Source: Vescimonas sp. (GTDB taxonomy: Bacteria > Bacillota > Clostridia > Oscillospirales > Oscillospiraceae). From it: a stretch of 14,963 nt of DNA. The stretch lies in assembly GCA_045612165.1 (NCBI GenBank), contig JAZKYM010000094.1:1-14963 (forward strand), read 5' to 3'. Positions 7,220 to 13,828 of the stretch are shown one piece after another; the stretch's first letter is position 1; the number at the start of each line of letters is the position of its first letter. Below the pieces are notes generated by a model that did not search any database, was not told the DNA's origin, and saw only the letters and a list, made by a program, of their open reading frames with translations. The translations under genes and the position numbers were made by a program.

Positions 7220-8479
7220 ATGTCCTCATACAATGAACTTATTAAAAACTTTGAGAAGATCAGAGCCTACATGCGAGAGTTCTATGTCTACGGGTTCAAA
7301 AGCCGTGACGACTACCAGAAGAAGAGCGCCCGTTCCTATGATGACGAGCGGCGTCGCCTGGAAAGCTGGCTTGGGGATCACATGAGCTTCGTGCGCACTC
7401 CTGAAGGCAAAAATGTTTTCATCTCCATCGATAGTCGCACCATCCGGCATAACCCACTGTACAATGCCTGGAAAGCGAAGAGTTTTACCGATGGCGACAT
7501 TACTCTGCATTTCATTCTCTTTGACATTCTCCATGACCCTGGCGTGAAGCGAACCATTGCCGAGCTCATGGAAGAAATGGATACGAAATATCTGTCGGGA
7601 TTTGAAATGCCCATGATGTTCGACGAATCCACTGTTCGAAAAAAGCTCAAGGAATACTGCGAGGCCGGCATCATCACTCAGGAAAAAGAAGGCCGCAAGA
7701 TATATTACCGAAGAACAGATAGCGCCGATATTTCCGATTTGAACGATGTCCTGCATTATTTTTCGGAGGTTGCGCCCTGCGGTGTCATCGGCTCTTACAT
7801 ACTGGATAGAGAAGATACGGACACCGATGCGTTTACATTCAAGCATCATTACATAACCGGCGCCATTGATAGCGGTGTTCTTGCCTCGCTGTTCACGGCC
7901 ATGCGAGAAAAACGGGCTGTCACAGTCACGAATATGAGTCGACGCAAAGACATTCCCAGACGCAATCGTGTTGTTCCGCTTCGTATTTTTATCAGCGCGC
8001 AAAGCGGTCGTCAGCATCTGTTTGTTTACATGCCTGACTTTAATTCGTTTAATTCTTTACGCGTAGATTATCTTTCCAATGTTAAACTGGAAGATCCCAC
8101 GCCCCGCTTTGACGAACTCCGAGCAGAACTCGACCGAATGCAAAGCAAAATGTGGGGTGTCAGCGTAAAGCGAAACAAGTGGGGCAACGAGCATCTTGAG
8201 CATGTAGAGTTCACAATAAAGGTTGAAGATAATGAGGAATATATTGTCAAGCGCCTGGAACGTGAGAAACGCATTGGCACGGTGGAAAAGCTTGACGAGC
8301 ATACCTACCGTTTTTCGGCGGATGTCTATGATACCAGCGAGATGATCCCCTGGATCCGAACCTTTATTTGCCGCATCGATAAGATGAATTTCTCCAATCG
8401 CACCATTGAGAATCAATTCAAGAAGGATCTGGAAGCCATGTATCGGATGTATGGTATCAGACAGGAGGTGGGCGAATGA
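7220..8479 (+). CDS. WYL-domain family protein (419 aa; wHTH - WYL - C-terminal WCX-like domain), PafB/BrxR-like putative regulator
   Basis: GGAAGGAG lies 8 nt upstream of ATG 7220. A central winged-HTH-like segment reads KRTIAELMEEMDTKYLSGFEMPMMFDESTVRKKLKEYCEAGIITQEKEGRKIYYR. A WYL-like core reads RQHLFVYMPDFNSFNSLRVDYLSNVKL. A C-terminal ...MIPWIRTFICRI... block is typical of WCX extensions. Confidence 0.5.
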   Translation: MSSYNELIKNFEKIRAYMREFYVYGFKSRDDYQKKSARSYDDERRRLESWLGDHMSFVRTPEGKNVFISIDSRTIRHNPLYNAWKAKSFTDGDITLHFILFDILHDPGVKRTIAELMEEMDTKYLSGFEMPMMFDESTVRKKLKEYCEAGIITQEKEGRKIYYRRTDSADISDLNDVLHYFSEVAPCGVIGSYILDREDTDTDAFTFKHHYITGAIDSGVLASLFTAMREKRAVTVTNMSRRKDIPRRNRVVPLRIFISAQSGRQHLFVYMPDFNSFNSLRVDYLSNVKLEDPTPRFDELRAELDRMQSKMWGVSVKRNKWGNEHLEHVEFTIKVEDNEEYIVKRLEREKRIGTVEKLDEHTYRFSADVYDTSEMIPWIRTFICRIDKMNFSNRTIENQFKKDLEAMYRMYGIRQEVGE

Positions 8480-9387
8480 TATTCAGTGAGCTTTACTCTG
8501 CCTATTACAATACGGTTGCCGCCATTCTTTCCGCTATCCTCGACGGTGAGCACTCCGAACAGGAATTGCAAAAGATCGTAGCGGATTACGCATTTGGCGA
8601 GAGTGTGCTGACCATTATGCCCTCCCTCAAAAGCGAAAAGTGGCAGCTGGTGCATTCCGATATGACCACCCCATTGGAACACAAGCCCACAATACCGCTG
8701 ACGACCCTTCAAAAGCGGTGGCTCAAGGCAATTTCTCTGGACCCCCGTGTGAAGCTGTTTGGTGTGGATTTTCCCGATCTTGAAGATGTGGAGCCCTTGT
8801 TCACATTTGCGGATTATTACATTTACGATCAATATAATGACGGCGATCCCTTTGAGGATGAGCAGTACATAAGAAATTTTAGAATCATTTTGGATGCTAT
8901 CCGCAAGGGTGCGCAGATCAAATTTGACATGACAAACCGTAAAGGCAATATGATGTTTGTCCGATGCCGTCCTTTGCGCCTGGAATATTCCGAAAAGGAT
9001 GATAAATTCCGAGTGGTTACGGCGGGCTGGCGGGCGGTTTCTACGGTTAACCTTGCCAAAATCAGAAGCTGCGCCTATGATATCGGTTATCGGCGAGTGA
9101 GCGGTCGGGAGAGAACGGTGGTTTACGACACTGTCACCGTTAAGATCCGCGACGAGCGAAACGCCATGGAACGCTTCATGCTTCATTTCGCCCATTTTGA
9201 AAAGCAAGCCGAGAAACTTGATAAGAAGCATTACCTCGTAAAAATCAAATATGCTCACGATGATGAATCGGAAATGGTGATCCGGATCCTTTCCTTTGGC
9301 CCTATGATTGAGGTCATGGAACCGGAGGCTTTCAGAAAATTAGTCATTGAAAAGCTAGAAAAACAGCTAAGCTGCGGACTCAAATAA
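8476..9387 (+). CDS. Second WYL-domain family protein (303 aa), translationally coupled to the upstream WYL gene (ATGA overlap), PafC-like partner
   Basis: The start ATG overlaps the stop of the upstream gene (8476-8479 ATGA). A WYL-like core reads NMMFVRCRPLRLEYSEKDDKFRVVTAGWR. The C-terminal VIRILSFGPMIEVMEPEAFRKLVIEKLEKQ matches the characteristic ...G..veVleP..lr... WCX signature of WYL/PafBC-type proteins. Confidence 0.5.
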   Translation: MIFSELYSAYYNTVAAILSAILDGEHSEQELQKIVADYAFGESVLTIMPSLKSEKWQLVHSDMTTPLEHKPTIPLTTLQKRWLKAISLDPRVKLFGVDFPDLEDVEPLFTFADYYIYDQYNDGDPFEDEQYIRNFRIILDAIRKGAQIKFDMTNRKGNMMFVRCRPLRLEYSEKDDKFRVVTAGWRAVSTVNLAKIRSCAYDIGYRRVSGRERTVVYDTVTVKIRDERNAMERFMLHFAHFEKQAEKLDKKHYLVKIKYAHDDESEMVIRILSFGPMIEVMEPEAFRKLVIEKLEKQLSCGLK

Positions 9388-9408
9388 GAGTTCGCAGCTT
9401 TTTTTCCG
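9369..9408 (+). terminator. Rho-independent terminator closing the cassette operon
   Basis: A 9-bp stem aagctgcgg (9369-9377) / tcgcagctt (9392-9400) with one G-U pair has the stop codon in its loop and is followed by TTTTTTT (9400-9406). Confidence 0.7.
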
Positions 9409-9438
9409 TGAAAAACGGTATGCGGATTGGTAAAATAT

Positions 9439-9459
9439 GCTTGCAAGGTACCTTCAAGC
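9439..9459 (+). promoter_or_regulatory. Near-perfect inverted repeat gcttgcaagg-ta-ccttcaagc just downstream of a TAAAAT -10-like hexamer (9431-9436): candidate operator
   Basis: The reverse complement of gcttgcaagg is ccttgcaagc, and the second arm ccttcaagc differs from it at one position. It lies in the long leader upstream of the SPFH-RtcB genes. Confidence 0.25.
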
Positions 9460-9558
9460 CAGTGTTTGAGTTGATCCTTCACAGCGGTGCACCAGGATGT
9501 TCCAAAGTGTATGCCAGAAGAATCCTTGCTCCTTATGAGCCTGTTCAGCTCGGATTTC

Positions 9559-9584
9559 GCGGGTTCGAATCCCGCCGTGCGCCA
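9559..9584 (+). other. Orphan tRNA 3'-end-like fragment (T arm GCGGG-TTCGAAT-CCCGC plus 3' acceptor strand ...CGTGCGCCA) with no matching 5' half
   Basis: ttcGCGGGTTCGAATCCCGCCGTGCGCCAaaag has the canonical T-loop TTCGAAT and a 5-bp T stem. No complementary acceptor 5' strand, D arm or anticodon arm lies within 120 nt upstream. It is not a copy of the tRNA-Leu or tRNA-Gly 3' ends in this window. Confidence 0.35.
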
Positions 9585-9882
9585 AAAGCGTATCGCCAGT
9601 GGTTTGGATTTGTCCTACGGGACGCAAAAACGGTACACTTAACTGTGTGCGAGAACGTTTTATTCTAAGATTCGTTATCATTCGGCAAAGAGAGAAATGC
9701 CCCCGGTAGATTTCTCGGCGCAATGCAAAGCGAGCCTTGCCTGGAAGCGGATACCGTGTTATCCCAATCGGTGCCAAAAGAGTGCTTTCCGCACCGTGCC
9801 GGAAATACTTAAGCTTTCAGCCGCTGCTTTTGCATGAATGATAGCGAGATCGCATTACTACCTTTCAGGAGGATTACATACT

Positions 9883-10986
9883 ATGAAAAAGATGATTATC
9901 AATGAAAATCAAAAGGGCTTTCTCTTCAAAAACGGCAAGTATATCAAGCTGCTGGATGCCGGCAAATATCATCTGTTTGGCGGCAAGGAGATCGTAATCT
10001 CCAATCTAGACCAGCCCATCGCCTGCAGCAAGTGTGCCCTGGAAACCTTGCTTGCCGATAAGTCTGTGTCCGAGCGTGTGACGGTGGTTGAGGTGGGCGA
10101 CGAGGAACTGGCGCTGCACTATGTGAACGGCAAGTTCTCCTCTGTGCTTCGCCACGGCAAACACGCGTTTTGGTCTGTGGTGGATCAGCATGAATTCAAA
10201 ATCGTAGATATCTCCACACCCGAAGTGGATGCATCTATCCCTGTGTACATCTTCTCCAAGATTCCTCAGATCTACTACACCAAAATCGAAGTTGCAGAGT
10301 ATCAGAAGGGCAGACTCTATTTCGATCAGAAGCTGGTGCGCATTTTGGATGCAGGCACCTATTACTTCTGGAAAACATCCACGAAGGTGGATGTAGGATT
10401 TGTGGACACCCGTTTGACGCAAATGAACATCACCGGTCAGGAGATTTTGACGGCAGATAAGGTATCCTTGCGCATCAACTTCGTCTGCAACTATCGTGTG
10501 ACCGACTACGTCAAGATTCTGACCGAGATCGATGATTTCGCAGAACAAATGCATGTGGCGGCACAGCTGGCTCTCCGGGAATATGTTGGCAAACACAAGC
10601 TGGATGAAATCCTGGAAAACAAGGATCAAATGTCCCAGTTTGTGTTCGCAAAGCTGAAGTCCAAGGAGAAGGATTTGTTCGTGGAAATTACGGATGCCGG
10701 TGTGAAGGATATTATCCTGCCCGGTGAGATCCGGGAAATCATGAACACCGTCTTGGTGGCTGAAAAGCGCGCGCAGGCCAATGTCATCACCCGCCGTGAG
10801 GAGGTAGCCTCCACTCGTTCTCTACTGAATACTGCAAAGCTGATGGACGAGAACCAGACCCTTTACAAGCTGAAGGAGCTGGAGTATGTGGAGCGCATTT
10901 GCGAGAATGTTGGCAACATTTCCTTAAATGGCAATGGCAACATCCTCTCCCAGCTGACAGCAATTCTGAAGGTCAACGACGTCTGA
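9883..10986 (+). CDS. SPFH/band-7 (stomatin/prohibitin/flotillin/HflKC) domain protein, 367 aa
   Basis: AGGAGG lies 10 nt upstream of ATG 9883; the track ORF start at 9838 lies upstream of the SD. The core NITGQEILTADKVSLRINFVCNYRVTDYVKI...LALREYVGKHKLDEIL...AGVKDIILPGEIREIMN...AEKRAQANVITRREE is typical of SPFH domains. No obvious N-terminal TM helix. Confidence 0.75.
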   Translation: MKKMIINENQKGFLFKNGKYIKLLDAGKYHLFGGKEIVISNLDQPIACSKCALETLLADKSVSERVTVVEVGDEELALHYVNGKFSSVLRHGKHAFWSVVDQHEFKIVDISTPEVDASIPVYIFSKIPQIYYTKIEVAEYQKGRLYFDQKLVRILDAGTYYFWKTSTKVDVGFVDTRLTQMNITGQEILTADKVSLRINFVCNYRVTDYVKILTEIDDFAEQMHVAAQLALREYVGKHKLDEILENKDQMSQFVFAKLKSKEKDLFVEITDAGVKDIILPGEIREIMNTVLVAEKRAQANVITRREEVASTRSLLNTAKLMDENQTLYKLKELEYVERICENVGNISLNGNGNILSQLTAILKVNDV

Positions 10987-11062
10987 TCCCGATACGGTCG
11001 GACACGTTGTAGCTGTGCATCATAAATAAAAGCCCGATCGTACCATAGGAAAGGAGAATGAC

Positions 11063-12271
11063 ATGATTGAGATTATAGGAAACTTTAACACCGCCCGTGT
11101 ATTTGCCACCACCCTGGACGATGGCGCGCGAGAGCAGATCAAGACGGTATGTGATACTGAGGCCTTTGCCTCTTCGAAGATCCGGATCATGCCCGATGTT
11201 CACGCAGGAAAGGGTTGCACCATTGGTACCACCATGACCATCACGGATAAGATCGTTCCCGCGATGGTTGGTGTGGATATCGGCTGCGGCATGTACACCG
11301 TATACCTTGGCAACATCGATATCGACTTTGAGAAGGTAGACGAGGCGGCACACTTCATCCCTTGCGGCAGAAATGTTTGGGAGGGCAGACAGGAGCGGTT
11401 CGACCTGACTCAGCTGCGTTGCTACCGGTCCCTCCGGGATACCAAGCGTCTTGAGCGATCCTTAGGCACTCTGGGTGGCGGTAATCACTTCATAGAGATC
11501 GATGCGGACGAGAACGGCGGCAAGTACCTGGTGATTCACTCGGGAAGCCGCAATCTCGGCACCCAGGTGGCCGAATTTTATCAGCAGCTGGCTGTGGATC
11601 TGAATGTAGGCAAGGAGGAGTATTTCAAGCAGCGTGAGGAGATCATCCGCACCTACAAGGAACAAGGCAGACGCGCCGAGATCCAGACAACGCTGAAGGC
11701 GTTGGATAAGGATTTTCAAGCTAAGAATCCTACGCTCCCCCGTGATCTTTGCTTCCTCTATGGTTCCTTTATGGCCGACTACCTCCACGATGTGGATATC
11801 TGCCAGAAGTTTGCGGAGAGAAATCGCGCGAAGATGGCAGAAATTATCCTTGATCGCTGCGGCTGGACTGCCCTGGAGACCTTCCAGACCATTCATAACT
11901 ACATTGATGTGAATGAGATGGTGCTCCGCAAGGGTGCTGTATCTGCCAAGGCAGGCGAGAAACTGCTGGTTCCCATCAATATGCGTGATGGCTCGCTGAT
12001 CTGCATTGCCAAGGGTAACCAGGATTGGCACTGTTCCGCACCTCACGGTGCCGGACGGCTGATGTCCCGTTCTGCTGCCTTCGAGCGGCTGACCATGGCT
12101 GAGTATGAGGCCGAGATGGCAGGTATCTATTCCACCTGCGTTGTCCCCGACACCCTCGACGAGTCCCCTATGGCTTACAAGAGCATGGATGAAATCGTAG
12201 AGAACATCGAGCCTACTGCCGAAATTCTTTGCAGAATAAAGCCCATTTACAATTTTAAGGCTGCAGAATAA
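11063..12271 (+). CDS. rtcB: RtcB-family RNA ligase (3'-phosphate/5'-hydroxyl nucleic-acid ligase), 402 aa
   Basis: AAGGAG lies 6 nt upstream of ATG 11063. RtcB hallmark motifs are present: MPDVHAGKGCTIGT, VGVDIGCGM, GTLGGGNHFIEI and SAPHGAGR. The gene is 76 nt downstream of the SPFH gene on the same strand. Confidence 0.85.
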   Translation: MIEIIGNFNTARVFATTLDDGAREQIKTVCDTEAFASSKIRIMPDVHAGKGCTIGTTMTITDKIVPAMVGVDIGCGMYTVYLGNIDIDFEKVDEAAHFIPCGRNVWEGRQERFDLTQLRCYRSLRDTKRLERSLGTLGGGNHFIEIDADENGGKYLVIHSGSRNLGTQVAEFYQQLAVDLNVGKEEYFKQREEIIRTYKEQGRRAEIQTTLKALDKDFQAKNPTLPRDLCFLYGSFMADYLHDVDICQKFAERNRAKMAEIILDRCGWTALETFQTIHNYIDVNEMVLRKGAVSAKAGEKLLVPINMRDGSLICIAKGNQDWHCSAPHGAGRLMSRSAAFERLTMAEYEAEMAGIYSTCVVPDTLDESPMAYKSMDEIVENIEPTAEILCRIKPIYNFKAAE

Positions 12272-12365
12272 AAAAGATGTCACTTTTTACCGCCTCTATA
12301 CATATACATCATAGAGGTGGTATATCGTGTCACTGTTGATGGAACCCTGCGAAAACAAAGAGATA

Positions 12366-12438
12366 ATATGATATAATCTCTACTAAGAAAGGTCATCATG
12401 TTCGTTATAGTAGGACTCGGTGACCTTTTACTTTTTAG
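12366..12438 (+). promoter_or_regulatory. Compact unit: extended -10 (TGaTATAAT, 12369-12377) embedded in an AGAGAT/ATCTCT inverted repeat, followed about 10 nt later by a hairpin (aaaggtca/tgaccttt, 12388-12428) and T-rich tract; candidate small transcript or regulatory element
   Basis: aaAGAGATaatatGaTATAATCTCTactaagAAAGGTCAtcatgttcgttatagtaggactcggTGACCTTTtactttttag. Only a 5-codon ORF is possible here. Confidence 0.2.
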
Positions 12439-12520
12439 CAGGTCGTGTTTTAAAAATCTCCATAATTTGTAACTTTCTTTCGGCTCTAGAGCTGGGAAAG
12501 TGGGGAAGTTTTCAGCCAGA

Positions 12521-12556
12521 AAATGTGCGGACGATAGGTTGATCGTCCGCACTATT
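12521..12556 (-). terminator. Bidirectional hairpin terminator between convergent rtcB and recombinase genes
   Basis: Stem tgcggacgat / atcgtccgca with loop aggttg, flanked by aaaa on the + upstream side and tattttt on the + downstream side. It lies 24 nt beyond the recombinase stop codon (12578) in minus-strand direction. Confidence 0.6.
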
Positions 12557-12577
12557 TTTGTTGGTTACAAAGGCAAA

Positions 12578-13828
12578 TCACTTATTCGTCTGTATGCGCA
12601 GGAGCAGAAGCTCATCGATTTCTTCCTCCAGGGCTTGCACTTCCTGATGGAGCTGGTGCAGTTTTGCGAGGATTGCTGGGCATTTTCTCTCCCGCAGGCA
12701 TTTGCGCTGACGGAGCTCGGCTTGCTCTGCCAGCAGCTGATCTCGTAGCTTTTCTGCGTACCGCTGCACCCTAGCATCCAGCTCGGATTCCCGGATGCGG
12801 TGAGAGGGACAGACTTCTTTTCCATGGCGCATATAGCTTCTGCACAGATATTCCACCCGGCGGTTGCCGTTCCAACACCGGATCCTGGGTACGAAGGTGC
12901 TGCCGCAATCGCCGCAAGCCAGCAATCCCGCATAGCGGTGACAGGCGGTATTGCCCCGGTAAGGCTTGGCATTGGCTTTCAGCAGTGCTTGCGCCTGCTC
13001 CCATTCCTCCCGGGCAACGATGGCCGGATAGAAATCCGTATGGCGGAATTGCTCAGCTTCCGGCACGGCGGTGACGGTGCGCCCGTGGGTCTCTGTCTGA
13101 TGATTGATCAGCAGGCCGGTGTAGCTCTCGTCGGCTAATACATTTTTGACGCTCTGATAGGTCCAACGGTAGCACTTGCCCTCGGCTTTTCCATGGCGTT
13201 CATCCTGGAGCTGCCGGGGCGTTTTTCGCTCCATGGCATTGAGCCTGCGGGTGATCTCCTTTTGCCCCAGGCCCTCGCAGTAAAGTTCATAAATCAAGCG
13301 CACCGTCAGCGCCGCTTCCGGGTGGAGGCGGATACTGTTGGTGTTTTTATCTTTCCAGTAACCGAAGGGAGGCGTGACCACAATGCCTTTCTTTTGTTTC
13401 TCGCGATAACCATGACGGATCTTGTTGCCGATGTCCTTGGCGTAGTAATCGTTCATCAGTTGGGTGATGCCGATGGCAAGTTCGTCCTCGTCATCCATGG
13501 TGCTCAGCCCTTCGGTAGCAGACAAAACTGCCACGCCTTGATGGCGCAAATAATCTATGAATAGAGAGGTCTGCGTCCGGTGGCGTCCCAGCCGGGACAT
13601 ATCTTTTACGATTACCGCATCGATCTGTCTCTTTTCTGCCGCTGCAGACAGCCTCTCCAAGCCTTTGCGGTCGAAGCGCATGCCGGAAGAGTTGTCATCG
13701 TAAGACTCTCCCACCACCGTATAGCCATGCTCCCGGGCATAGTCCCGGATGATCTGCAGCTGATTCTCCAGGGAGTTCATTTCTACATCATCGTCATTGG
13801 ATAGCCTCCCATACAGCCATACTCTCAT
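12578..13828 (-). CDS. Large serine recombinase (resolvase/invertase N-terminal catalytic domain + recombinase domain + zinc ribbon with short coiled coil), 416 aa
   Basis: The N-terminus MRVWLYGRLSNDD...ENQ has the catalytic Ser at position 10, followed by DAVIVKDMSRLGR. A zinc-ribbon CGDCGSTF...C..HGKEVCPSH is followed by a coiled coil. GGAGG lies 7 nt upstream of the ATG, and the start overlaps the upstream recombinase stop (ATGA). Confidence 0.85.
   Translation of the reverse strand: MRVWLYGRLSNDDDVEMNSLENQLQIIRDYAREHGYTVVGESYDDNSSGMRFDRKGLERLSAAAEKRQIDAVIVKDMSRLGRHRTQTSLFIDYLRHQGVAVLSATEGLSTMDDEDELAIGITQLMNDYYAKDIGNKIRHGYREKQKKGIVVTPPFGYWKDKNTNSIRLHPEAALTVRLIYELYCEGLGQKEITRRLNAMERKTPRQLQDERHGKAEGKCYRWTYQSVKNVLADESYTGLLINHQTETHGRTVTAVPEAEQFRHTDFYPAIVAREEWEQAQALLKANAKPYRGNTACHRYAGLLACGDCGSTFVPRIRCWNGNRRVEYLCRSYMRHGKEVCPSHRIRESELDARVQRYAEKLRDQLLAEQAELRQRKCLRERKCPAILAKLHQLHQEVQALEEEIDELLLLRIQTNK

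Larger units (their letters stand above)
4380..9410 (+). mobile_element. Low-G+C horizontally acquired cassette immediately downstream of tRNA-Leu, forming one five-gene operon (promoter 4465 to terminator 9408); no integrase of its own
   Basis: Hand-counted 60-nt samples give 35% G+C at 4501-4560 and 42% at 6001-6060, versus 60% at 1201-1260 and 62% at 13201-13260. All genes are co-directional with short or overlapping junctions. The cassette is bracketed by near-identical 13-mers at 4428-4440 and 9666-9678. Confidence 0.45.

Noticed and set aside
9408-9777. ORFs 9408-9668 (+, 86 aa) and 9454-9777 (-, 107 aa) in the long leader
   Set aside because: No SD. They overlap the tRNA-like fragment and terminator T-tract. 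The products are low-complexity (RRAPKAYRQWFGF...). The region is more likely non-coding leader.
9660-9882. Possible riboswitch upstream of the SPFH gene
   Set aside because: Several stems are present, but I could not match the conserved cores of any riboswitch class I know (SAM, TPP, FMN, glycine, c-di-AMP, c-di-GMP, purine, lysine, cobalamin). It is left as an unclassified structured leader.
12280-12972. ORFs 12280-12552 (-), 12500-12748 (+), 12565-12972 (-) and the + ORFs 12800-13138, 13193-13564, 13580-13804, 14233-14871 around and antisense to the recombinase genes
   Set aside because: They are intergenic or antisense to well-supported serine recombinase frames. None has an SD or recognisable domains. 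They are G+C-driven open frames.
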